Shown here piece by piece: positions 50,360 through 63,400 of a stretch of 64,000 nucleotides of DNA. Source of the DNA: Bilabrum cf. latius. Lineage: Eukaryota. The position numbers and the translations under genes were made by a program. Where the stretch lies: NCBI GenBank assembly GCA_965178125.1, contig OZ237739.1, forward strand, positions 744,001 through 808,000, written 5' to 3'. The notes beneath the pieces are model-generated. The model was not told the origin of the DNA. It saw only the letters and a list, made by a program, of their open reading frames with translations, and ran no database searches. Numbering within the stretch: the first letter of the stretch is position 1; the number at the start of each line of letters is the position of its first letter.

Positions 50360-52857
50360 TCAAGGACCCTCTACTGCCAGAGGCACGGGCCTAGCCGTGA
50401 CGCCCTCTACATCGGTGCTTGCAGACCTGTGCCGCACCCCGCCAGAGAGACTTGAAAGCTCCACCGAGGCAGCATAGGCCACAGCACCGGCTGCGTCCCC
50501 AGGTTGTACCACATCAACGGGATGGCCCCTCCCGTTCTTTGCACCTGCCTTGCCTTCCTCCCCCCCTCCCTCCCCTTCTCTGTCCTACATGCCCAGCTGG
50601 ACCTGTGCCCCCTCCCTCTCCTGCTCCTGCTACTCCTCCTTGCGCATGGCAGCGGCATTCACGATGGCAGCTTCTTTCTGTCTCGTGTTCTCGCCCTTCT
50701 CTGCCGCATCGTTTATGAGGCTCCAGCCACCCAGCATCAGGGCCAACATGCCGAGAGCAATCCAGCTGAAGCTCCCAAGAAATGCCAGCTTGCCGCCGCC
50801 CATCTGGTAGAGCCACCCTCCCATGAGCGCCCCGATCGCGCCCCCGAGCCCCCAGTGTGTTCCTGTAAGCAAGCCCTGTGCCGTGGCTTGCAATTCTCGG
50901 GGAGCCGCCGCGTTTGCGAATGCGGTGCACGCAGCCCAGCCGGCGCCGTAGGTCACCCCATGCAGCAGCTCGGCAGGCAGCACCCACCAAGCATCGCCAG
51001 CAGCTGGCACGACGTACGAGTACCACAGAATCCTGAGAGTGTACGCGACCAACGCCGCCATCAGCATGGCAGAGTGGCCAAAGCGGCGCAAGAAACCCCC
51101 CGAGTAGTGAAACACGGGTACCTCGGCCACGCACGTCACCAGCAGGCACATTCCGAAGAGGAACCGAGACGAGCCCGGCTGCGTCTCGAGGTACACGAAC
51201 AGGAACCCGCCGATGGTGCCAAAGCATGAGCCCATGCATAGCGCAACAAGAAGGAAAACCTGCATGGCGCGGTTTCCCACCAGCATCTGCACCTCGTCCC
51301 AGGTTGACCTCGGCTTGGCGGCCAGTGATGAAGCGCCGGCTGCGGCGCCGTGCGGGCCAGACACAGGCCGGCCCGACCGAGCCGCACCTTCCGCGCCTTC
51401 CAAATGTCCCGCAATTGGAAGCAGAGACTACTGCTCCACCTCGCTTGGCTACCCTGCACCATGTCGCTCGCTGTCGCCGAGCCCCCCGTGCACAGGAGCA
51501 TTGGCCCCCGCCCCACCGAGCCCCGAGCCCTCCTGCTTGTAGGCCTAGTCCGAAGAAGCCCTTCCTCGGGAGAGGTGGGCAAACTTGGGCGCTGTTTTCG
51601 CAGCACGCCCATCCTCAATCTCCACTACTTCAGCCTTTGATTCCAAGCCCATGGCTGCGTCGTCCTCACGACCCCGACCATGTGTAGCCGCCCCGCCTGC
51701 CTCGCTTCCCACTACTTCCTCGTCGCCCTCCGCCCCACTCACAGACCCTCCCATGCCAATGAAACCAAGCCCCCCTTGGGTCGTGCCATCACTCACGCTG
51801 CCAGATACGCTATTCCTGTCCCTGTTCCCTTCGCCGCCGCCCAGAGCAGCGTCAACATCCCTGGTGACCGCCCTCATCCTCTCCTATGCGAGGCTCTTCG
51901 AATGGGAGCTGGCCACCAGACCGATGGCTTCGTCCTCCCAGGCCTCGTCCTGAATGGCACCTGAGATGTGTCTTTCATCTGAACCCTCGTCACGATCATG
52001 ATCTCGCGTTTTCTGCTGGATGCGGGGCAGCTCGGCAGATCCACCCGTGCCGGCGCCGCGCCCTGCCACAGCTTCCTCCCCTTGGTCTTGGGACCGGTCC
52101 ACAGGCTCGTCCAATCCGCAGTCTCGAATCACAACAGCTGCAACCAGGGCAGACAGCGCTTGAAATACCGCGAACATCATGAAGCTCACGGCGAAAGACT
52201 TGGTTGCGTCCTGCACAGCTCCAGCGACTGGCGACATGATCCCCCAGCCTACCGCCCCATAGAGCCTTTGCTGCCCGTAGTCTTCGGCAGCATGCAGCTT
52301 GATCCGCGAGTCCTTTTTGGCTGGAGTTGATTGAGATGCAGACAGCGCCTTGGAACGATTCACGACTGCCATCACGGCGGCGTCCAATTGGGATGGGACC
52401 GGGGAGGCCACAAATTCGGCGATAAGGACAGCAGCTAGAAGCGGCCAAAATGTGTGCAGGCTCAGCAAAGAGAATCGAAGGATTGTACCAGCAACCAGCA
52501 GTGATAGAAATACGCACACGCGGCTCCCAGCTTTGTCAGCCACCATGCCCCACAGTGGTGAGGCAACAATGCTAGTGACGTTCCCGATAGCTCTCAAAGT
52601 TCCGATTTGGACCGGATCCAGGCCGTTGTCTTCGAATAGAAGAACTACAAATGGCATGAAGCAGGCCCAGCCGCTATAAATCAGGCCGTACGAAGCCTTG
52701 CATCTCCAAAGCAATCCCTGGAGAACGCTATCTTGGGATTCGACTGGAGTAATCATTATCTGCAAGCTGGCCCACGCATCGAATTGCAATGTATTAGAGC
52801 TCGAAACGGCAAATACCTTACCCCAAGGAAGTAATTGGGCATTTCATGTTCCTGCAT
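50360..52857 (-). CDS. Major facilitator superfamily transporter (MFSD6-like)
   Basis: Two 6-TM halves (ASPLWGMVADK, YGQQRLYGAVGWG, AEVPVF, ELLHGVTYG, LQATAQGLL); TAG at 51884, 51545, 51449, 51428, 50630, 50585; TGA 50362-50360; probable intron 52821-52760 (GTAAGG..CTAAT..TTGCAG). Confidence 0.88.
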
Positions 52858-52956
52858 TTGGTGGTTGTAACCACTTTTGCAGCTTGCGACCAAACGGCAA
52901 ATCCTGGCGCGACCGCGCCCTCGACCGGCTGCCAATCACCTCTGTACTTTATCGAG

Positions 52957-53876
52957 ATGGCCGAGCCAATCCATGTAGAGGGAGCTGTGAGTTACTCGTT
53001 GTTGGTTTGATATGAAGGCTGCTTGGCCTCGATGTGATCACTTCATCTTGGCCCGAACAGCACCTATTGCTATTGTCGTTAAGCACGCAGTCTTGCGGCA
53101 ACACATTCTCACGCATCGTGAACATCACGGTATTCAAGGTAGAGGGACTCCCGAAAGGACTACTTGGGTTTCCCAATGCATACGTAAAGAGTAAGTTTGG
53201 ACTATGGAGTTGCCCAAAACCCGGTCACTGCCTCGAAACCGATCTCTGCTTTGGTTGGGGTAGATGGCCTGCGTGGGTGCCTATTCGACATTGTGATCGC
53301 GGTGTCCTTTGATTGTTCATTTAACATATCCTTGCAGTGACCCCTGATGTGCCTTGCCAGGGCGGAGTGCTTGGAACTGCTTTCCAGGGTGAGAGCCAAC
53401 TACGGAGCCAGTGCATTCACAGGCATAGGAGCCAGTCGAGAAGCAAGTTTGCTTGCTACAGCGTGCATATAATACTTAACTGTCTACTGAGACTACTGCT
53501 GCGATGCATGGATGCATGGATTCTGTATATTGTACATTTGTCTCTCGCAGGGCTGTCGAGAACGCGCACCTTGACTTCTGACGACGGCAACTACCAGTGG
53601 AATGAGTCGCACGTGATGATGTGCATGCCACAGAAGGGATCTCGCATCGTGTTTGAGGTGTTTGAGAAGGGTACGCTGTGGGACTCGCCCTACGGCAAGG
53701 CTATTGTTACGTTCGATAGCCAGCTGAACGAAGATGAGAGCAAGGCCCAGAAGAGCTTCAAGAAGACCGGCATGATCATTGCCGAGATTGATGCTGGAAG
53801 CAAGGGTGGAGGCCGCATCTACTACCAGATCTCGACCATGGGAGCCACGACCCCGTTCCAGATGACTACGGCATGA
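52957..53876 (+). CDS. Small C2-domain protein, 4 exons
   Basis: Exons 52957-52986, 53091-53190, 53338-53388, 53551-53876 with phase-consistent GT-AG introns; VNITVFKVEGLP..PNAYVK..WNES..IVFEVFEKGTLWDSPYGKA. Confidence 0.75.
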
Positions 53877-54151
53877 GGCTCTCAATTCGCAGCGCCAGAC
53901 TGCTGCATGCAATGAAGCAGTGTGCAACCGAATCGGTTTCAACGCGAAACTTATTCGAGATGTGTCATCTTGCGAGCGCCTGGCCATGGTTTAGGCGCTG
54001 TCTATGCCAAGGAGAGCTGGCATAGGGCTGGCTTGATCCAGCGGTCCGATGCATTTGCTGGCTTGAATCTAGCTGGGCGTTCACACACAAGTCCGAACAT
54101 ATATCAGTGTTCTACGGTGCAATCATTTGATCACCGCGCTCGCTCTCAGAC

Positions 54152-55720
54152 TCAATAATCGATCTTCTGCCCCTGCTTGACCAGTTCCTGCTGCAGCGCA
54201 CTCACGTCGAGAGTGTGCATGTCCACGGGGCTGCTGCCTGCCTTTGACGCGGCCATGGCTGCGGCAACGCCAGACGACTGCCCAAGAATCATAAACTGGG
54301 GCTCCAGCCGGATCGCGCCGTACCCGATGTGGCTGGCGCTGCACGGGACCGGTGCCAGAAAGTTGGCCGCCTCGGTTTTCTTGGCGAGAAGCATCCTGTA
54401 GGGCATCTGGAAGGGCCCATCCTGGTGGCCCACCTCGATGTCGCCCTCGTTCCTCACGTACTGGGCCGACTGCGCGAATCTGATGGCGTGGTGGGTGTCT
54501 TGGTTGTAGCTCCCGAGCCCGATGGAGTCCGTTTTGTTCTTGTGCACCATCCTGTCGTTCTGGTTGAACACGAAGTCGCTCACCATCCTGCGACCCTCCC
54601 GCACGTACAGCTGGAAGGGCCACCCCTCCGTGTCCTTGAACTCGTCCTTTGACAGGCCGTAGGCGCTGAACTCTTCCCGTACCTGAGGGGGCACGCTGTC
54701 GTCCGTCAGCAGGAACCAGAAGAACTCCCACGTGTACTGCTTGTGCGCGTCGTAGATGGCCTGCTGCTCCTCGTAGCTCGCCTCGGGGAAGTTCCAAGAC
54801 CCCCCGATCATGTCCGTTGAGATGGGCCCATGGTTGTTGATGTCCGTCTTGGAGTTTGGCATGGGAGACACGATGATGAAATCCGTGATCTTGGCCTTGC
54901 TCGGGTCCACGGCCTCCTTCATGTAGTTGCGCAGCAGCTGCCACTTCGAGGGATCGTACCCCGGGGGCTCTGTGAAGTTGTTCCGGTTCGACGGGTTGTC
55001 GGTGAGGCACATCCGGAAGTTGTACGCCTGCACGCGCTTGTCGCCCTCGTGGTACGGGGTGCTGGGCTCGGGCAGGACGAAGGGAAGGAGGGTGCCATTG
55101 GGCCACGTGTGCGTGACCGGCTTGTAGAACTGGTGGTCCCCGTCGTTGTTCGGGACTGGGAGGCGGCCTGCGAGGGACTCGTTGTACTCTGTCTGCCCCT
55201 CGCGACCCCATGTGTAGGAAATATTTGCTCTGGGGAGCAGCTCCCCGTTGTAGCTCGCGTCCAGGAAGACCTTGGCGCTGTATGTGCTGCCGGACTTGGT
55301 CGTGATCGAGCGGATCTAGCGCGTCGAAGGGTCGAAGTCTGACGATACCACGGGCTCATTGCGAACGATAGATAGGGACGATTCCTCGGCCATCATCTCC
55401 TCAAACACTTCCTCCGCGACGTGGGGCTCGAAGAAATACGTCGGATCCGACTTGCCATACTTCTTTCCCACTCGCACAAAGAACTCGTTTGCCATCCCCT
55501 TAACGACTGCAGCGTTGCCAATATCAGTTTTACCCAATCCTGAAGCGACCATGCCACCTACGTGCTATTGCTCGTGGACCAGGAGCGTCTTCGCGCCTGA
55601 TCTTGCGCTCGCCACAGCAGCAATGACTCCTCCAGCAGTTCCCGAGTAGACAATAACGTCTGCATCATGAGTAGCAAAACTAAAAGAGAACAATGTGAGT
55701 GCAGCTACGACTGACCGCAT
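54152..55720 (-). CDS. Secreted FAD-dependent oxidoreductase (FAD_oxidored family)
   Basis: Signal peptide, DVIVYSGTAGGVIAAVASAR, *HVGGMVASGLGKTD, FLDASYNGEL, QAYNFRMCLT, LYVREGRRM, SASHIGYGAIRLEP; TAG at 55565 and 55316; TGA end. Confidence 0.92.
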
Positions 55721-56512
55721 CTCCGGCCGTATGTTGGAGGTGTTTTTATTTCGCTCGACGGTGCGTGGCGCCGCGCGTGAGGTTCCGCAGTCACCCAACT
55801 GCAACTTGGAGTTTAGATACGCCAAGTTCAAATAGACTCGCCTTTGAGGCCTAGTGTGCAGTTTGTTGGATTGATATTACGTACTTGTTCCTTCCACTAG
55901 GGTCGAAACCCCTCAAATGAAGGCTAGTACGTCTTCCTTGCATATTTCCAAGACACATGATAGTTTCTCGTTTGAATTCACATAATAGAACTACAATATG
56001 CCAGTATTATTCGCTGATAACTACGCGTGAGGGAGTATTTTCGTTGCACTCTAACACACACCAACAGCGCCGCAATCAGTTCTCTGAACCACTGAAGCCT
56101 TCGTGCAATTCAGACATTGCTGAGGGCTTGCACCTTCGCGCGCTGGACGCAGTGCTTGGGCAAGATCAAGAAGTTTGTTTGGTGTAATAGAAATGATTGC
56201 GTTGGGGAATGAGCGGAATAGGGGCGGTGGCAACCGGTAGACACAGGTAGGGCAGGAACGTGCGTGCACCCAATGGATTGCGTGATCTCACAAGAGTAAT
56301 AATTGCACCCCTTAAAGAAATTAGAGCAGTGCCGGATTTAAATTTGCAAGCAGAAAAGGCCTATATGTAGTTTGAAGCCATATCGTATTTTGCAGGCCGC
56401 AGCAACGGTAGGATCCGAGATAGCCCCAAAGATCCAGGTAGGACCGGTCGCAACCTCACCAGTCCTTGAGATCCGCCCACTCGTTCACAGCCACGGTATC
56501 AAGTCACAAACA

Positions 56513-57297
56513 ATGCGTGGAACACTTACTGCTGCCATGCTAGCAATTGCCTTTGCGTGCATCACGCGAACCACCTCCGCCCAGGAAGCCTGCTGCGCCG
56601 ACGTGTGCATCGGCGGGGCCGATGATGTCTGCAACGGGAGTGAATGCAGTGAAGGCTTCGAGTCGTGCATCTGTGCAGGAGCATGCGACTCGCGCGCTAT
56701 TGAATGCGTTGCAGACGCATGCTTCGCTCGCAAGGACAAAGCGAAGGTGAGTGGCGCTCAGGGTTCGCGTGCCACCTCAGGATCGCTACTTTGGCGATGG
56801 CAGTCCGTCTAGTCGAGTTTGCACGAGACTGCTACTCTAGGATGCAAGTAACAGCCATACGTGTATTTAGTTTCGCACCGCAGCGGGATGGCGTCATCGC
56901 TGCAGCGGTCCTCACGCCAATCGTGCTGCTCGCGGCATCCATCGTCGGCTGCGCCTACTGCTGCAAGTGCTGCTGCTTTGCGCCAAAAGAGGGACAGCAA
57001 GTGACCATCGGGCATGTTGGAGGCACACCACATCCAACGTACGCAGCTGGTGCACCCCATGCAACTGTGAACCCGACCATTGGCACTGGAATCGCCCCGG
57101 GAGTGATCGTGGGCCCACAGGGATCAGCACAAGCTCCCACACAAAACATGCACCAGGCCCCTACGCAGCCGCCTCCGCCCCCAGGACCGTCGCTACCAGA
57201 GGGATGGTCTGCGATCACAGACCCGTCTACGCAGCGCACGTACTACGCGCACACGAGCGGGAAAACGCAGTGGGAACTGCCGGAATCTTCCAAATGA
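56513..57297 (+). CDS. Single-pass membrane protein: Cys-rich ectodomain, Cys cluster after the TM helix, C-terminal WW domain (2 exons)
   Basis: Signal peptide; intron 56747-56883 (GTGAGT...CCGCAG, phase 0); TM VIAAAVLTPIVLLAASIVG; LPEGWSAITDPSTQRTYYAHTSGKTQWELP. Confidence 0.85.
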
Positions 57298-57461
57298 GAC
57301 TGCTTGAGAGACGGGTATCGGTTGAACCTGATTGCGTCTCCTCTGCACAACCCAGTGCTAGATGAGGGCTGTGCCACAATGAGATGGATTGTCACCGATG
57401 CTTGATTTTGATTGACCTGTGTGCGTCCTATGCTGTCTCTGCAATTGACCACGAGGCGGCC

Positions 57462-60400
57462 TCACAGCATCATTGCGAAGCCGGCTTCATCGCATCCCTT
57501 GCTCTTGGCTACCTCCAGCACCAACGCTTGCATTCCTTCCATGAACCGAGGCGTTCCAATCACGTACACCCTTCGCAACGAAGCACCAGCGGCTGCATTA
57601 TGTCCCCTGCTGCCCCCAGTCGAAGAAGATCGCTCGTCCTGTGGTCCGGCCCACACGCGGATCGGCAATGCGTCGGTGAGCGTGCCAGCTACCATCGCTC
57701 CTCGTCGCAGTACGCGATGCATTAAGAACGCTTCCAGCGCATCCCTGCCAAATCTGCCTTCGGACCACGATTCGGGCCGGATGCCGCACAGCACTGCGGA
57801 CCCTGCCCCGGTTGTCCCGGACACGGGTGCATCCTCGCCAATCGCACCGAGACTACCGATGCCAGTGGGGGCTTGCTTGTAATTGATCCACAGCTGCAGT
57901 CGAGGTGCGGCTGGCACGCCCCATGGGCCTGTGCTGCCGGCAAGCTTGCGCAAAATCGACCTAGCAGCCTGCAGCGCCTCTGCGATCAGTGCCATCTTGC
58001 GCAGCCAATGCACCGCGACCGCGTCTGTCTCGCTGGCTGCAAGCAAGCAGATGCGCATGCACATGCTGGACCCAACCAGGTTGCGAGCACGTTCGCGGAT
58101 GGCAGCCGGCACTGTCAGGACCTTAATGATTGCCTCGCGGGCCCTGGCGAAGTGCTTGTCATTGTCAGTGCCGCTGCCCTCAAGTGCTGTTGCCACAGCG
58201 TACTTGCCGCTGGGGCTCGGACCCGCAGGCCCATCCACTCCCGCGCTGATGATGCGCTGGCGATCAAGCCCACCTCCAGTAGATCCTTTCGTAGGATTGG
58301 ATGCTGCCGCGACCCCGGGCAGCGGCGAGATGTCGCTTGCTGCAAGTAATACACCGCCGGAGCCAGGTGGACTGGAACTATCGTCCTGGCGTACAAGCCG
58401 CAACAACTGGTCCAGTTCTTCCTCATCCAGCGCAGAAGACAGCACCAGCTGCGTAGCGAAGTCCAGCACTGGCAGCACTCCAGTGCCAGCCGCCACCACC
58501 CCAATCACGTTTGTACCTGCAGCGGAAGCACGATCTGAAGCATCGTCCCCGCCCGGTCCAGATGCTGCCCCGCCCCCTTGGACTGAGGTCGCCCGCAACG
58601 CGTGATCTGGTATAGACATACCTGCCCCGTATGGGCCTCCTAATTTCACAGCAGCGTGCTCCCCAAGCTCCGCGTGCGCGATTTCGTGCAGGTAGCTGGA
58701 CGCCAAGCCCCCGTCGATTCGACGCACACAAAGTGACAGCGTGGAAGCCGTTGGCGTTGCGAGGCTGCCAATCAGGTCCTGCAGGCTCGCTCCTTCAAAG
58801 TGGGGAGCGGCTGCTCGCGCGCCGATCGCGCTCCTGAACGTGTCAAGCATGCCCACACCTCCCGCAGAGCCAGAGTCACATCGGGCGAGGCCATCCAGCA
58901 GCCGCCAGGTGAGAGAGGTCCATGGCTGCATACCGGCAGCCAAGTCGACACGAACTATGGTGTATGGCCGCGTGACCTCTGCCTGAACAGCTGCAGGGGC
59001 ACCTTCACTAATCCTACCGTCCTCTGAGTGCCCATTGCCGACCCTCGACGCGCGAGAGGCCTTTGATACGTTGCTGCCAACCCGTCGCAGATTGCGATTT
59101 GAGATGCCGCCAGTGGCACTCACCACAGTCCTTCTTGACTTCATCTTATCTGCCATAGCGCCGACACCCGCAGCAGTGGCATGCGCCGCATTGCCACCTG
59201 CGCCATGCACAGCGGTTGACCCCTTGCGCACCTCCTGTTCGGAGCCGGCCGCAATCACCGACGCAGCTCTATCCTCTGCCTCCGCGGCAACATCTGTGGT
59301 CCGTAATCGATCTGGAGACAGGTGCACATACATGTGCTGCGCGTATGAGTCTAAATTTGAGGCATCCAGGGTCAGAGGGGGACCATCAGGCTTCGTCCGG
59401 CCAGGCACTTCATCGCCGCTGCTGCACTGCACGGTTATCTGCGCCACTGGCCGCTGATCAACAGGTAATCCAATGGATGTGCACAGAGAGTCCTCGCCAC
59501 TTGTGACTGCCTCTGGTCCGGTGAGGAACACGGACTTCTAAACGTTGAATAGCCTGGGTGCGCAGTCATCAGAGCTGCTGTACCCGCTCCCACTTCCTTG
59601 GCCTTCGGCAGCAGGGCCTCCCTCAACGATCTTCTAAAGATCCCCATCTTTCAGCGCCTCGTGGATCAGCAGCCACGAAGACCTCCTCTCCTTGGGTTTC
59701 TTGCTTCCCTGCAGACTAACCCTCCTCTGCTTTTTGCTTGGGCTGGACCTGCCACTGGCGATGGAGTTCCGCGAGACGCGATCGGCCCGGCTGCCTCCTT
59801 CGAAGCCACTTGGCTTGCTGGTGGGGCTCGCCTTGCTTTCGGAATTGACTGGCTCACCCTCGGGTTTGCCTGCGGCCTCGCCCCCTCTCTCGACAGCATC
59901 CTCGTCGGGGACAAGCGAGGCGATAGCGAGGTCAGCCAGCAGAGCCCATGCGTAGTCCGAGTGCTGGTGCAGAGCGAGCCTCTTGTCCATCCTGGCCTCT
60001 CCAAAGAAATACTCAGTAATATCCTTGCCAATGCTCCGAGTAATCACGGCTGAGCTACCAGGATGGCGGGGCGCGAAGCCAGCGAGGTCGACTACAAAGT
60101 CATTCACGATGGTGAACTCGTCGCCTGCCTCGATGCACTCGTGAAAATGTGACACGGTCATCAGTGGCAGATCGCTGCCCCCATCGTCTTCAAGCCCGAT
60201 CGCTTCGATGCCAGTTTCAGAGCTGGCCAGTCGAGACATGTCACGGTCGCTCTACATCGAGGTGCCAGGGAGCGACATGCCGCCGGAATCATCCGCGGTG
60301 GGCAGCAAGCGCAGCTGCTCGCCAGCAGAAATCTTCGAATCTGCAATACCTGCATGCCTAGCTCTTGCACTGCTGCGAGCCGTCTACGCGGCGGAGACCA

Positions 60401-63400
60401 CCCTCGTCAGTGTACCCATTCCGACCTTGGGTGGGCGGGCCCTCACATCGGAGAGGCCCTGCCGACTGCCTCGCCTCTTGAGCTTAGCAGTGCGCAGGCT
60501 CGTCAGGACACCCTTGGACTTTGCGCGGTTCCGCAGCAGAGACAACTGGTATTGCTCGTACACACCAATGCCGATGAAAGCAGCGATAATCAGGCCGTAC
60601 CAAGCGATGGGCAGCCACATGTACCCTCTCGCAGTCATCTCAAATCCGATCGCAACGTTCGCCACGGTCAAGCCAGCCACGAACCACCCGAAACCTCGAT
60701 GCCCGATGCGCCACGGTTTGAACACAGCAGATGCGTTCACGTCCTCCCCAGTATGGTATTCTTTTGCTGCCCGCCCCATCATCAGCTGGATTACGGCGCA
60801 GCCAGTGATGATCACCCCGATGAGCAGGTGCGGCGACAGGCGCCCGTTCCCCGCGCTGAAGGCAGCAGCAGCTGCGGGTATTGTAATGGCAGTTGCCAGC
60901 GTCATTGCCATGGCGTGAAAATCGAGCCAGAACTGCCGGTGCTCCTTGAATGCCCTCAGTGCGAGCCACGTGATGGGCAGCAGCACGGCCCAGCACGTCG
61001 TCATCAGCACTGCGTGCACAATAATGGGCACAGGCACTGCTGGGACTAGGGACCGCACAGAGCTGTCTACCTCGATTTGAGAGCCGGCAAACAGTGGCAG
61101 GGCCACCACCTAGCGCCTGCTGGTCCCATGGTATGACATGACGATCGTGTTGAACTGCCAGGCAAAGATCATCTCAACCAGATCAGAAGAGCTCGGCGCG
61201 GAGGAGGCGCCGGCGCTCTGGTTGCTGGGCGCGCCTGCATACTCTTGCACGTTCTCTGGCACATAGATGCGCTTGTTCCTCCCGTCAAACGGGTCCACCG
61301 GTCGCACAAATTGGCAGAACACCACCTGCTCTACTTCTGCACCGGGCGATGGTCCCTAGCCGTCGGGACCGAAGATTGTGCTGGCGTTCAGCTGAGACGA
61401 CACCTCGCTACGTTCCGACATGGGCCTCTCCAGGACCAGCCCTAGGCCAGCTCCACCTGCTGCCAGCTGTGTGTCGAGCCATGGCACCGCGCTATCGATG
61501 CTGGGCACAGTCTGTGCCTGGCTCGTGGTGTCGTGCAGCTCTAGTGACCTCGCTTCCCTGCCCTGCGGTGTCTGGCATGTGATGATATCCGAATCGAACA
61601 TGCCTCGTCCCAAGCCAAGAGACATCCACGCCACTCCGTTTGTCGTGCGAAGCGCCAGCGTGAAAGCTACATGCGTCACTGGATCGGCACCAGCAGTCTG
61701 CATCCTTCGGCCAGCTCCGGAGCCTCCAGCCACCTATAGACCGAGTCGGTCCGCAGCTGATGCACGGATGGTGCGCCAGCGGAGCACGTGCTGGCAGTCG
61801 CCGTCGAGGAATGCCAGCAGGCTGCACAGCCTAGTCTCGCCATCTCCGCTAGGATCGCCCCCCTAGAAGCCAACGTGCAGCAACGGTCCCAGGCCCAAGG
61901 CCTCCCTCTGCCTCCTGTGCTCGTCCGACTCCCTGCCGATCCCATCCGCTGCCACTGCCTCCCCTGCCAAGATACCTAAGTCATCGGGATCCTGCACGAT
62001 CTCAACCTCATTGGCTGGCAGCACGGCCGCACCGCCAGGCCCGGCCCGCCCCCAGGCCGGCAATACGATGCCTGCCTCGGTATCAGTGCCGTACACCTGC
62101 GCCATCACCGCCTTGTCTGCCTGCTCGTCACCGGACCCGCTGGGGTCACCCGGCATCTCACCAAGGTCTGTCAGAATGGGCACCGCCAGCCGTGTGCGTC
62201 TGGTGCCGTGGTACACCGGTGTGGATGATTCGAAGCTCCATGCCAGCAAGAACGGCAGTTCGGAGGTCGACCCGATCGGCACAGACGTGGCACCGGCTGG
62301 CAGTCCGGACAGCACGTCCACCGGCACAAACGGGAAGTTCTGCGACTCGGAAGGCAGGAGTCGCCTCGACACGACGCAATGTGTGCTGCCAGAGCCAGCG
62401 ATCAGATTCTGCGAATCGCCCCCGCCAAATACTCCGTCCGCGTTGCCACGACCTCCAGCCAGCAGCATGGTGTCTCTCGACACGACCCGCGTGCCATCCA
62501 CCGACCCGTCCGAGGACAGACGAGCCACGTTCCCTCCGTCTGGCCGGGGCGGCAGGAACCCGATACCCGTCCCATCAACCAGCGTCACGGCACCGTCCGC
62601 ATCCACACCACAAAACATAAGATCTGAATTTCCCATCCCGGTCCCGGCCCCAAATCCCGCCCAGGTGGGCGACGGGTCGGATGCATCACCGAGAGAATCC
62701 AGCTCCACGATGATGATCGCAAACTCAACAGTGCCGTCACCAGCGGGGCCGCCAGCCGATGAGCCGGGCACGCCGGCGTCCTCCAGCTCCTGCTCGGTCA
62801 ACCCCAGCGGGCCAGCAACCTCTCTGAGCCTGGACGCCGACATGGTCGCAAACGACAGCCGCACGCCCGCTTCGGCGGACCCTTGCCACGCAGCATCGAT
62901 GAAAGCGTCTCTGGTCCGGTTGAGAGCCATGGGCTGCCCGTTGCTGCTCTGGGACGCAACTCGATCTGCGGGCGCTGGAATAGCCGACACCACGAATGCG
63001 TCGTCTGGAAGCCCGGTGATCTCGTTAGCGGATCGTAGCAAGGCGGACACGCTGCGGCCCCTAACATACTGCAGCTCCAGGCCAGTCAGCAGCCCCTCCC
63101 TCTCGTACCACTCCGGGTCACCATCTCTTAGAGCGAGGAACTGCTCCTCGAGGATGGCCCGGAACAGAGGACCCACCTCGGGGCGGCGACTACTGCTGCT
63201 GCCTACATTTGACGACAGAGGGGGAGGTGGGCCCACTTCCGTTTCTGCCAGCCCGCCGACGATCAGATCAACCGAGGCGTCCAACGCGTCGGGGCACCCG
63301 CCGTACAGGCTCACGAGATCTGCCACGCGCCGTGGGCTCGCACCCGCACCGAGCACGGTGCTCCACCTCCGTACCTCGCCTGGAGCAGCGGGGTCTCCGC

